From positions 1-47,175 of the forward strand of contig CAZGJX010000020.1 of assembly GCA_964525635.1 (NCBI GenBank): a stretch of 47,175 nucleotides of DNA. The letters run 5' to 3'. Positions 29,108-39,600 of this stretch are shown piece after piece. The translations under genes were made by a program, and so were the position numbers. Source of the DNA: an uncultured archaeon (GTDB taxonomy: Archaea > Asgardarchaeota > Lokiarchaeia > Sigyniarchaeales > SOKP01). The notes below the pieces were generated by a model. That model did no database searches and had not been told where the DNA came from. It worked only from the letters and a program-made list of their open reading frames with translations. How positions within the stretch are numbered: the first letter of the stretch is position 1; each line of letters begins with the position of its first letter.

Positions 29108-30322
29108 TTGTTTAAAATAACAGAACCTGTGATTTATTATAAATCATCTGAAAATATGCAAGAAATATCAGATAATTCTGTGCAATTAATCGTAACTTCT
29201 CCCCCTTATGGAAATATAAAAGATTATGGAATTGTTGACCAAATTGGATATTCAGATTCCTTTGAAGAATATTTTACTAGATTAGAAAAAGTTTGGAGTG
29301 AATGCTACCGAATTCTTGAGCCTCAATGTCGAATGGTTATTAATATAGGAGATCAATATTTAAGGACATCTGAACATGGTCGATATAGAATAATTTCAAT
29401 AGCAAGTAAAATTATTGAAACTTGCAAGAAAATAGGATTTGACTTTTTAGGAGATATCATTTGGCAAAAAGTAAGTACTACAAATACAACAGGAGGGTGT
29501 TCTTTAATGGGTTCAATATACTATCCTAGAAATGGTCTATTAACTTATGATTATGAACATATATTAATATTTAAAAAATTTAAGGGAAAATCAAAAAAAG
29601 TTGATAAAGAAAGAAAGGAATTATCAAAAATATCATTAAGTGAATGGAAAAAATGGTATGTTGGACATTGGAAATTTCCAGGCATAATACAGAAAGAACA
29701 CATTGCTATGTATCCCGAGGAATTACCTTATAGAATAATTAGGATGTTTTCATTTGTAGGAGATTTTATATTGGATCCTTTTACGGGTTCAGGAACAACC
29801 TTAAAAGTAGCTAAATCTCTATTTAGAAAAGGATTAGGATATGAAATTAATGAAAAATTTAAAGATATTATAGAAAATAAAATAGAAGAAGCAAAAGCGG
29901 GGTATTTCAATGACTATCAATATTTAATCTACAGATTATATCAAAAATCAATAAAAGAAGATTTTATTTTTGATTTAGAAGCCCAAATCCGTAAGGGGAT
30001 AATAATTCTTAAAAATCCCCAAGATCAAAGAATAATAATAGATTATCTGATAGTACCATCAAAAGAAATTAAAAATATAGGATTTCAAAATGAAATTAAA
30101 GCTAAATTTGATGAAAATGAAATTAAAAATTATTTAAAAATCATAGATGATAACAGTAATTTTGATAAATATGTTATTGTTTTTAACTATATCAATCCTA
30201 TTTCTGTCAATTTTGATGAGATTGTTAACTTTATCAGAGAGGAATTAAAAATATCTAATAAAATAAAATTAGTATTGTTTAATGATATTATAAAAGAAGA
30301 TTTTAATATTTTTAATATATAG
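29108..30322 (+). CDS. Beta-class N4-C/N6-A DNA methyltransferase with extra C-terminal domain
   Basis: VTSPPY (motif IV) before LDPFTGSGTT (motif I); HIAMYP. Confidence 0.85.
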   Translation: MFKITEPVIYYKSSENMQEISDNSVQLIVTSPPYGNIKDYGIVDQIGYSDSFEEYFTRLEKVWSECYRILEPQCRMVINIGDQYLRTSEHGRYRIISIASKIIETCKKIGFDFLGDIIWQKVSTTNTTGGCSLMGSIYYPRNGLLTYDYEHILIFKKFKGKSKKVDKERKELSKISLSEWKKWYVGHWKFPGIIQKEHIAMYPEELPYRIIRMFSFVGDFILDPFTGSGTTLKVAKSLFRKGLGYEINEKFKDIIENKIEEAKAGYFNDYQYLIYRLYQKSIKEDFIFDLEAQIRKGIIILKNPQDQRIIIDYLIVPSKEIKNIGFQNEIKAKFDENEIKNYLKIIDDNSNFDKYVIVFNYINPISVNFDEIVNFIREELKISNKIKLVLFNDIIKEDFNIFNI

Positions 30323-30359
30323 AATAATATATTTCATCTAAATTGACTTGAAAAATATT

Positions 30360-30370
30360 AAAAAAAAAAA
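30360..30370 (-). terminator. Oligo-T archaeal terminator after the putative ncRNA
   Basis: A-run on + strand immediately after the closing stem. Confidence 0.5.
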
Positions 30371-30600
30371 TTGCGTATTAGAATCCGCAGGATAATTCCC
30401 AAGGTTTTTCTCCTTAAACCTATAAGATAAAAAATCGAGAAAATTTTTAAGCTTTAATCTTTAATCCTTCAAAATAATCAAAAAAGCTATAATCTATAAA
30501 GCCTCAATAGTACGGAGTCGAACCGTTGAGCCCAACAGGAGGGCACACCCTCAAGCTTCCCGTCTCCTATCTATAGATTTTACGGTTTATTCTACGCGTA
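30371..30600 (-). ncRNA. Putative structured ncRNA with tRNA-like domain downstream of the DIP1984-like gene
   Basis: GC-enriched island; 5' and 3' ends pair; nested stems; CGG-TTCGACT-CCG T-arm; ends in a long U-tract. Confidence 0.65.
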
Positions 30601-30613
30601 GTTAAAATGACAC

Positions 30614-31072
30614 TCATTCAATAAGTTCAGTAGACCAATTTTTTGCTTGTAATAGTTTATCCATATCCGATTTTTTTTTTTCAAAATCAGATATTATGTT
30701 AGCTATTTCATCTTGCCTTTTTTGAGGAATGTATTCAACTGCTTGACCTCCAAGATAAACTGGACCACGTGGTTTTAAATATTCTAATCTTGCTAAACTT
30801 GATCTGAGATCAGCTATTAAAAAGATCATCTCTTGAATTGTAATTTTTTTGCCATCAAACTCAATTTGAGTAAGAATATTTGTTTTAGCTATTTTCACTT
30901 TAAGACTTCGTATATTATCAACTAAATCTTCTATCTCGTTTGTTACTTCATCAAAGTCAACTTCGGTTTTCTTATTTTCCAAAACATTAAAGGTTTCACT
31001 TCTTAAATTATATAATCGCGCTAATTTACTTTGTAGTATTTTTAATTCTTGTAATGCTGCTCCTAATTTCAT
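30614..31072 (-). CDS. DIP1984/DUF6847-like helical-hairpin protein
   Basis: MKLGAAL..., LKVKIAKTN..T and C-terminal D..LQAKNWSTEL match the family pattern as I recall it. Confidence 0.7.
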   Translation of the reverse strand: MKLGAALQELKILQSKLARLYNLRSETFNVLENKKTEVDFDEVTNEIEDLVDNIRSLKVKIAKTNILTQIEFDGKKITIQEMIFLIADLRSSLARLEYLKPRGPVYLGGQAVEYIPQKRQDEIANIISDFEKKKSDMDKLLQAKNWSTELIE

Positions 31073-31163
31073 ATTAACATCAATATTGTATTATAATTGG
31101 TTATCTATAGGAAAGACAAAATATTATAAAATATAAATTTTATTAGATTTTATTTTAGGACAT

Positions 31164-31781
31164 TTAGTTCTCTATTATAATAACTCTCGCAGGGGCTCCA
31201 TCACTTTCCAGTCTTAATGGTAATCCTATAAATAAATAATTGCCAGGGACGATATTAGATAAATCTAATCCTTCAAAAAGAGTCATATTGTTTATAATTA
31301 ATTCATGAACTTCATTATCTCCTCCAAATTTTTTCACACTAAGATAATCAACACCAAGAGTCTTTATTTTTTTTTTTATTAAATATTCAGCTGCATCTCT
31401 TTTAACATAAATAAAATCTTTTCGAAATTCTTTATAACCTCTCAGGGAATTTTTAGTTTTTAAAAGAATAATATCATCCTTGAGAATTTGAAATTTTTCT
31501 AAATCTTCTCTATGAATTTCAAGATCAATATCAGTAAGGTCTAAGACTTTACAATTACCATAAAATGTATTTAATGATATTTCATCAGCCATTTTCCCAT
31601 TATTATTAATATGACGAGGAGCATCAACATGAGTTCCTGTATGGCAACCAAATTTGATCCAAGACTCATTTACAGAATTAATTGGAATTGAAGTATATTG
31701 ATGGATTGAAATTTTCTCATTTCCGGGATATACTATTGTATCATTATTTATTTTTAAAGAAATATCATAAATTCTAACCAT
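31164..31781 (-). CDS. Cyclase family (kynurenine formamidase-like) metal hydrolase
   Basis: HTGTHVDAPRH, GVDYLS, DGAPARV. Confidence 0.9.
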   Translation of the reverse strand: MVRIYDISLKINNDTIVYPGNEKISIHQYTSIPINSVNESWIKFGCHTGTHVDAPRHINNNGKMADEISLNTFYGNCKVLDLTDIDLEIHREDLEKFQILKDDIILLKTKNSLRGYKEFRKDFIYVKRDAAEYLIKKKIKTLGVDYLSVKKFGGDNEVHELIINNMTLFEGLDLSNIVPGNYLFIGLPLRLESDGAPARVIIIEN

Positions 31782-32166
31782 AATTCATCAATTTTTTTAT
31801 AATTTTATTAGTTAAAAAAAAATATTGCTTTTAGAAAAAAATCAAGATTTTAAAATATATTCAAGAAATTTAATTCAAGAAGATTAATGGTAATATATTA
31901 AAATTAAATATATCACATGACTAATTATAATAATATCCATAAATACAATTTTTGAACTTCTATAATAAGATTTAATAATATAACTAATGAATAAATAAAA
32001 AATATTGTACCTATAGTACATTACTAATCATATAAGAAATGGTTTTTTTTTTATAAAATTATCAACTGATGAATTCTTTATATATGATTTTTAAAAAAAA
32101 AAATAAAAAATAGTAATTTTTAAATATTGGTCAGATTAATATAGTTTATCCTAATTTTAATAAAAA

Positions 32167-32646
32167 GTGTTTAAAAAAATGAGTCGATCAAGTTTTAATT
32201 TTACTCAAATGGATTACCAAAAAGCTCAAAAATATATAATGTTAGGTTTTTTGATTGCTATAATAGCTATAGCAGTTATGTTTGCTAGTCAAGCTTTGGC
32301 TGCTAATGCACAGGATTGGGCTGATTTTAAGATCGCACGTTTAGGTGAGGAAGTCAATTGGGGCGTTATAACAGATAATGATCGTGATGTACAAGTTGAT
32401 GCTATTAATTTTTGGGTAGAAATTATGGAAACCATGCAGGCTAGTTTTATAGATTTAATATGTAATTTTATTATGTATGTAGCACTAGCATTTGTTTTTA
32501 TTGGTTTCGTTGGATTAGCATTTACCGGAACAGGAGATGAGAAAACAAGGAGATTCTTGTTAATGTTTGCTGCTTTCCTTCTGTTTTTAATGATATTCGC
32601 CTTGCTTTTCCCAAATTGGGGATTTTCATTAAACGTTGGTCCCTAA
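32167..32646 (+). CDS. Hypothetical membrane protein (3 TM)
   Basis: Three hydrophobic segments, followed by a T-tract. Confidence 0.7.
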   Translation: MFKKMSRSSFNFTQMDYQKAQKYIMLGFLIAIIAIAVMFASQALAANAQDWADFKIARLGEEVNWGVITDNDRDVQVDAINFWVEIMETMQASFIDLICNFIMYVALAFVFIGFVGLAFTGTGDEKTRRFLLMFAAFLLFLMIFALLFPNWGFSLNVGP

Positions 32647-32880
32647 AACAATATTTAACTCTCTTTTTTTTTTATTTAATTTTATTTATTCAATAAAATA
32701 GAAATAGAAATTTGTATATATGTGATTTTGATATATGATGCTTTTTCATAAAGTTTAATATGAATATCATTTGCTTATTGATAGTGGAAACGTTTTATTT
32801 ATGAAGATATAGATTTTAAATATGTTATGATAATGAGTTAATTTTTTTGGTCTTATAATATTCCATAATTCAGCTAGCTT

Positions 32881-33453
32881 ATGAATGAATTTATTATTAA
32901 TGAGTTTCTTAAACTTAAGTTGGAAGGAGGAAAAACAATAATATATGTAAACAATCAGAAAGTAATTCAGTGTAAATACTTATTATTGTATGATGTAAAG
33001 ATAAAGAATAAAAAATCCAAACATAGGGCAAACAATATAACTATAGATGTTCAAGCTGAGAAATTAGATCATACCTTAGAACGTAATGATGATAATAAAG
33101 TAAACATTCCACCTGAAACAGAGTTTTGGGCACATTCATCTAATTTACAAGTGTGGTATGAAAATAATTATGATACAGAAGTACTTCATACGAATTTAGC
33201 TTTTCCACTCTTGAGAAGGTTAACTAAAGCTGGAGATGAGATAGCAAAGGAAGTATTTAAAAAAGAGATAATTAAGAGATTTAGAAGTGGAAATCTAAAT
33301 GTTATGACTTTTTTGATAAAAGAGGGATATTTAAATCATTTAGATATTGATGATGCAGATATATTATATCAAGAATTAGATTTTGAAGAGTATAAGAAAC
33401 TTCAAAACCTATTAAAAAAATCTAGTAAAATTAAAGAAGGATTTATATTATAA
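32881..33453 (+). CDS. Lokiarchaeal multicopy hypothetical domain (often associated with LRR proteins)
   Basis: LKLEGGKTIIYVN, PETEFWAHSSNLQVW.E..YDT..LH.NLAFPLL. Confidence 0.65.
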   Translation: MNEFIINEFLKLKLEGGKTIIYVNNQKVIQCKYLLLYDVKIKNKKSKHRANNITIDVQAEKLDHTLERNDDNKVNIPPETEFWAHSSNLQVWYENNYDTEVLHTNLAFPLLRRLTKAGDEIAKEVFKKEIIKRFRSGNLNVMTFLIKEGYLNHLDIDDADILYQELDFEEYKKLQNLLKKSSKIKEGFIL

Positions 33454-33488
33454 CAGTTTAATATATAATAGAATACCTGCGCATAGGT

Positions 33489-33540
33489 TATTCATCAAAT
33501 AACTTCCCTGTGAAGGGTTTCTTTATTTGAATCATCATAT
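33489..33540 (-). promoter_or_regulatory. Putative eukaryote-like SECIS element (K-turn hairpin) in the 3' UTR
   Basis: AUGA-U-UCAAAUAA-AGAAA-CCCU-UCAC-AGGG-AAG-UUAUUUGA-U-GA, core starting about 10 nt after the stop of a gene with an in-frame UGA. Confidence 0.7.
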
Positions 33541-33545
33541 TAAAA

Positions 33546-34481
33546 TTATTTGCCACAATCTTCAGCTTTTTGTAAATTTAATTTTTGAAAAGCTTCTTCT
33601 TGTTTATTTCTCAGCCTTGTTTTTATATTTCTATTTACTTGTTTTAGATATTTAATTGCATTAATCTTTCCGCTTTTGATATTGTCGAATAATTCTTGTT
33701 TATTAGAACCTCCAGATATTGTCAATGCTGTCTGAAAAGTCTGTGATGGTTTTAATGTTTTAAATTCAATTTGCAGAGCAGATAGAATTTCTCCAGGTTG
33801 ATCATGTAATGTATTTGATAAATCTAATTTTTCTTGTTCTAAATTAAATTCATTAACTAAACATGATTCATAATATGTAGATTTTGATATTGGAGAAAAT
33901 CCTGCGTATAAATTACTTTTATCAAATTGATAAATTATGTCATTTTTTTCATCATATCCAGATAAATCATTTTCAAATCCTTCTAAACCGTTGATATCAA
34001 AATCAAAAATGAAATAAATATTGAAATCAATTAGATCAAATTCTGAGATGTTTTGAAAAGTAAAATATGTATTAATGTAAGGTAAGTGTGGTTTAGAGAA
34101 AATATCAATATATAACCGGATATATGGATTATTTTCACTTAAATCATAAGTATTCAAATTATCTTTTCGAGACAATTTTTTCAAATATTCTTGAATATCA
34201 AAATCTAATGTTATTCTATCGATGGATTTACCTTTTCTACTATTAATTAATTTGTAAATAGGTGTTGGTTCGATATTCTTAAGGATTATTGGCACATTTC
34301 CTATTTTATTCCCAGATAATTTAAACCTAAACCAAGGGCCTGCTAATTCTTGTTTGGTTAAATATAATAGATATTTATTATTATATATTAATTCCTTTAT
34401 TGAAAATCCCATTAAATATCCAGATGTATTTCATGTGGCAAGTATCTCGTTAAATTTTGCAATGATTGAGTTAATTATCAA
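33546..34481 (-). CDS. Candidate selenoprotein (in-frame TGA 34431-34433); beta-rich, loosely like GH15/trehalase N-terminal domains
   Basis: Frame open upstream of the track ORF: (M)IINSIIAKFNEILAT-U-NTSGYLMGFS; SD GAGAGGT; SECIS-like hairpin downstream. Confidence 0.7.
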
Positions 34482-34579
34482 TACCTCTCTCTCTTTTTTT
34501 TGACCTCCATTTTATTATTTATATAAAAAAGATATCTTCAGAAGATTAAAAATCAATTATTTTAAGAGTTAAATTTTTA

Positions 34580-35539
34580 TTAAACTCTCTCTAATACTTT
34601 ATGAGCGATATAAGAAAAGGCCTCATTAACATTCTCTCCTGTCTTAGCCGATGTTAATATATAATTATAATCATATTGATCTGATATATTTTTAATGTCT
34701 TCTTCCGTTATAACAATATCACCTATACGATCACTTTTATTCCCAACGATAACCATTGGAATCTTTTCTTCAATTGATTCAGTTATATCATCATGCCATT
34801 TTTTAACGCTTAATAAAGTTCTTTCTCTTGTTCTATCTACAACAATCATGGCGCAGTGAGCTCCATTATAAAATTTCTTTCTATAGTTAATAAAAGTGCC
34901 CTGCCCCCCTACATCCCAAATGATAAAATTAACTGATGTCTTTTCATTTAGTTCCTCAGTATGTTTAGTTATATCGACGCCTATAGTTGAAGTGTAATCT
35001 TCTAAAAACTTTTTTTTTACAAATCTTCTAATGAGGGAAGTTTTTCCAACTTGAAAATCACCAATTAATATCAATTTTGTTGAGAATTCACCTTCTGGTA
35101 ATTTTCCACCTCGAGTTTCTGAGAGAACTTTAATGATTTGAGGTATCTCTAAACTTACATTCTCTTTTCTATCTAATAATAATTCAACTTTTCCAGCTAT
35201 ATGTTCTGAAAAGACTTTTAATTTTATATCTGAAGTCTCAGGTTGGGATAATGTAGTTAGTATTGAATTAGGACCTTGAGAACAGAATGCAAACTTTTTA
35301 TCTCCTGTGGTTGTGATATTAAAGAAACTACTTTCTGTATCAAACTCTTGTTTAATTCTATCAATATAACCATCAAGCATGGATGAAATTGCTCCTATTA
35401 CCGCATCTGAATCTTCTTTCATATCCTCCTTATTTTCAGATGTGATAATTAACCCATTTCTGTCAACAATAGCTACAGCAATAATTCCTTCAACATTGTT
35501 GATATAATTTTTTAATAAGATATTAAGAGATCTTTCCAT
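34580..35539 (-). CDS. Roadblock/LC7 domain fused to Rab-like small GTPase
   Basis: VEGIIAVAIVDRNGLII (roadblock); GDFQVGKTS, TIGVD, WDVGGQ, GNKSD, TSAK. Confidence 0.88.
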   Translation of the reverse strand: MERSLNILLKNYINNVEGIIAVAIVDRNGLIITSENKEDMKEDSDAVIGAISSMLDGYIDRIKQEFDTESSFFNITTTGDKKFAFCSQGPNSILTTLSQPETSDIKLKVFSEHIAGKVELLLDRKENVSLEIPQIIKVLSETRGGKLPEGEFSTKLILIGDFQVGKTSLIRRFVKKKFLEDYTSTIGVDITKHTEELNEKTSVNFIIWDVGGQGTFINYRKKFYNGAHCAMIVVDRTRERTLLSVKKWHDDITESIEEKIPMVIVGNKSDRIGDIVITEEDIKNISDQYDYNYILTSAKTGENVNEAFSYIAHKVLERV

Positions 35540-35720
35540 ACTTATCAGAATTTCTCTATTCTTCTAGTTCCTTATCATTATTATTTAATTTATTCAATTT
35601 AAATATGTTTAATAAGATAAAATAAAATTAGATAATTCTTCATAAAAAAAAAAAAATGTGATCCTATTAGATAGAGGCCCTTTTTTTCTAAATAAAATTG
35701 AAATAATCAATAATTTTTAT

Positions 35721-36635
35721 TCATTTCATTGAGATTTTATAAATTTCTTGTGTAATTTCCCGATATACTTTTTCAAGTACAATAGCAAAAGCTTTTGGAT
35801 ATTCTAAATTATTAGGTAAGCCTAAGTTTTGTAAAGTTTCAATATATTTACCAGGTTTCTTAAAATGAAAAGTTATATCTTCTTTTCCTTTTAAAAAAGT
35901 GTCTTCTTTTTGTAACTCTTTAAAATGATATTTAGGTACATTAAATGAAAAATAATCATCACTATCTTTTCCTTTTTTTTTACGTGGAGATTCTCTCTCA
36001 TCGGAAGTTTTAAGAGTTGTTCCGATTTTTAATTCAGATAAAAGTTCTTTTTTATTTTTTCCTCTTAATTTCAGCAAAATTAAGGGATTATAATCTATCA
36101 CTCTTGAAATATAGAGTATTGTTGCTGCTATATGCTTACAAGGGATAGCTTTATCTGGGCAGGAGCATGATGCGTTTAATACCTCTGAAACATCAGGAAA
36201 TAAGGATTGATTATTCTTTTCAAAAAGATTAATAATATCTTCTGTTAATTTCCCCTGTAATAAAGTCATTAAATTGAATAAATTACTTCCAAGTTCTTTG
36301 ATGATCGTAGACCATTCATCATCAGGAATTATGTTAAATATCACTTTTACTCTATATGGTGTAGGGGCGGTTCCTTGAACTAATGAAAATATTTGTCCCT
36401 TGCTAATAAGCAAATTATTTATTCTCTCTTCATCTTTTGCATATAGAATACCACGACGCATTCTATAAGGCCGTCCAATTTGAAGAATTGAAAATATCCA
36501 TTTTTTACCCCAGGATGTTTTAGCATAATTCACTAAATCTTTTTTAATTTGTTTTACTTCATTTTCTTTTTTCTTTCTATCTAAAGTAAAATTCTCATTA
36601 CTAGGTTTTTTTTTGTAGTTTTTTAAATCTCTCAC
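35721..36635 (-). CDS. SWIM zinc-finger protein (SNF2-associated)
   Basis: VQGT..PYRV, CSCPD...CKH, PLILLKLRG. Confidence 0.88.
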   Translation of the reverse strand: MRDLKNYKKKPSNENFTLDRKKKENEVKQIKKDLVNYAKTSWGKKWIFSILQIGRPYRMRRGILYAKDEERINNLLISKGQIFSLVQGTAPTPYRVKVIFNIIPDDEWSTIIKELGSNLFNLMTLLQGKLTEDIINLFEKNNQSLFPDVSEVLNASCSCPDKAIPCKHIAATILYISRVIDYNPLILLKLRGKNKKELLSELKIGTTLKTSDERESPRKKKGKDSDDYFSFNVPKYHFKELQKEDTFLKGKEDITFHFKKPGKYIETLQNLGLPNNLEYPKAFAIVLEKVYREITQEIYKISMK

Positions 36636-36661
36636 TTATGATCACTCTAACTATTTTCATT

Positions 36662-39600
36662 TTAAAGATTTAATGAAATTAATTCTTTTAATTTATCATC
36701 ATTCAATTGAGATAGCCAAGACTCTCCACTTGTAATTATTGATTCAGCTAATTCCTTTTTCTCCTCTATTAAAGCATCTATTTTTTCCTCAATTGTTCCT
36801 AAAGTAATAAATTTATAGACATTTACATTTTTAGTTTGTCCTATTCGATACGCCCTATCTGTTGCTTGTTTTTCCACTGCGGGATTCCACCACCTGTCGT
36901 AATGAAACACAGTAGTTGCTTTAGTTAAATTTAAACCTGTTCCTCCTGCTTTAATAGAAAGAATTAATATAGGAGAACTATTTAAGTCATCAGATTGAAA
37001 TTCTTCAATTAATTTTTCTCTTTTTTTAGCGGGAACACTTCCATGAAAATAAAGAATTGGAAAATTATACTTATTATTTAAAATTACTTCTAATAAATCT
37101 CCCATTTGAGTAAATTGAGTAAAAATAATAACTTTTTCACCATTCATGATCACATTATCAATCATTTCAAGTAATCTTTTTAATTTTGGAGATTGGGAAA
37201 TAAGATCTTTATAATCTTTATCTGAGATTCCAGATGGGATAGATTTATGCAAATATTGATAGGGATGATTACATATTTGTTTAAATTTGGTTAATAAATT
37301 TAAAATTAACATATTTTTAGTTTTATTATTAGAAGATGAGCTTTCAAATTGTTCCAAAGCTTCCTTAGCAAGGTTTTGATATAATGACGATTGTTCTTTA
37401 CTTAAGTTAATGTATATCTTCATTTCATTTTTATCAGGTAAATCTTTAATAATAGACTTATCCGTTTTTACTCTTCTAAGGATAAAAGGAGCAATAATTT
37501 TCTTTAATTTTAAAATAACATCTTGATCATAATATCTTTCAATTGGGATTATAAAGTTTTCTTGAAAATGGGTCCTATTACCAAGTAATCCTGGATTTAA
37601 AAAATTAAATAATGTCCATAGTTCTATTAATCTGTTTTCAATTGGCGTGCCACTCAAACAGATTCTATACTGTCCCTGTAATTTGTATATTGCTTGAGTT
37701 TGTTGAGCTTCATAATTTTTCATGTTTTGAGATTCATCAATAATTATCCCACTAAAAGGAATAGTCTTTAATAAATCGATATCATTTCTTACAGTAGCAT
37801 ATGATGTTAATATTATTCGATGTGGTTGTATGCATTTAGCAAATTTAGATATATCTTTTTCTCTATTAGATCCATGATGAAGTAGGATATCTAACTCTGG
37901 AGCAAACTTATTTAATTCAAGTTTCCAATTGTATAATACAGATGTAGGGCAAATTATTAATGTACTACCTAATTCCATTGGATATTTCTCTTTAAAATAT
38001 AATAATAATGCAATTACTTCAATAGTTTTTCCCAATCCCATATCATCTGCTAAACATAATCCGAAATTTAATTCACACATATTGGCCATCCAAGTTAAAC
38101 CATCTTTTTGGTAAGGTCTTAATTCTCCATTAAAGTTTTTAGGAGCAGATTTTTTCTCAAATTTATTTAGAAATTTAATTTTATTAATGATTTCATTAAA
38201 ATCACCTTCCATAATAACTTCATAATCAATTCCATTATCTTCTAACTGAATATTTCCAGATAGACCTAATTTAAGAGCTTCCATATAATTAATCTTACCC
38301 TCTGGTTTATTAAAGTCTCCAGAACTAATAGACGGATTAAGAATTCTTTTTAAATTGATGATATCTTGTTGTTCTACTAAAATCCACTCACCTCTCCAAT
38401 TAATTAATGGATGGTCTGATTCTATAATATTTTTTATTTCATTCTCTTTTAATATCTCACTACCAAGTTCAACTTTCCATTTATAATTCAAAATATCTTG
38501 CAATTGAAAAATCGGACTTATTGAACTTGTTTTAGGCTTAATTTTATCTTTTTTAGGTATAGAGATGACCATTTTTGTTGATAATCGTTGTTTACCTCCA
38601 ATATTAAAGACTTCTGGTAATATAACATTAAATCCACTTTGAATCAATAAATCCTTTGGATAACTCAGAAAGTTCATTACTTCTTCTGAAGTACAAATGA
38701 CTTCTTTTGGATATTCATCATTTAAAGCTTTTTTCAAAGGGGGGTATATTTTTATTGCTATATATAAGCTCTTTAATATGGATTCAATTAGTTGTTCTCT
38801 GCTTTCAACAAGTTGATATATTTTATTTCCTATATTTTTACCTCTCCAGAACTCATCTAATGAAATAAGATCATCTGTATTTTGAGATGAAATATAAAAC
38901 TTCAACAACCACTCATTTTGATTATTTTTAGGATAATCTAATTTTAAAATAAGTGAGATTCCAAACCTAGTTGTTGATATTTGGGTTGTATTTGTCCAAT
39001 TATTAATCAGTTTAGGAATAATCGTCTCATGAAATCTTGAAATTTTAAAGATATTATCCTTTTTTAACAAGGATTTTAGGAATTTATAATCCCAACTTAG
39101 ATTTAAATCTCTTTTTTTTTCTTTGAGGATCTCTGGATTGTAAAATTCTTCAAAAGTTCCAAATTTTTTTGATTTTAAAATAAAACGAATCAATAGATCT
39201 CCAATAGTATTCATATAATTAGTGAATAAGAATGAAGGGTGCCATAACTCTTCTGTATAATATTTTTCTTCTAAATTAGAACTATTTTTTAAAATTCTAA
39301 AATTTGCTGGTAAATTATGAGCCTCCCATGAACAATTTTCTATTATTTTTTTAAATCTTTCATTATCATATTGGTTTTTAAGAAATATATGCCAATTACC
39401 TTTAAAATTTACCTCTGTTTTTTTCTCTAAGGAAGGAATAAAATTACTCCTATTTAACATTTCAAATACTAATTTAGTTAATAAGGCCCATGTAATAATT
39501 GAATTATTATATTTAATGGATGATTTATTTATTTCTTCACTCTCATATATTTCTAATTGATTTAATAATCTTGCTGCTGGTATTATAGGAAGAATTTTAG

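Noticed and set aside
30500-30575. Canonical tRNA gene
   Set aside because: A T-loop is present but there is no 7-nt anticodon loop or clean acceptor stem, and it is embedded in a larger paired structure.
30614-30616. Sec readthrough at the TGA stop of the DIP1984-like gene
   Set aside because: The protein already ends at the family-typical C-terminus, TAA follows after three codons, and the downstream RNA is not SECIS-shaped.
33492-33538. Box C/D guide sRNA (AUGAUGA is a perfect box C)
   Set aside because: There is no CUGA box D or internal C'/D', and the interior is a stem rather than guides; position after a UGA-containing gene favours SECIS.
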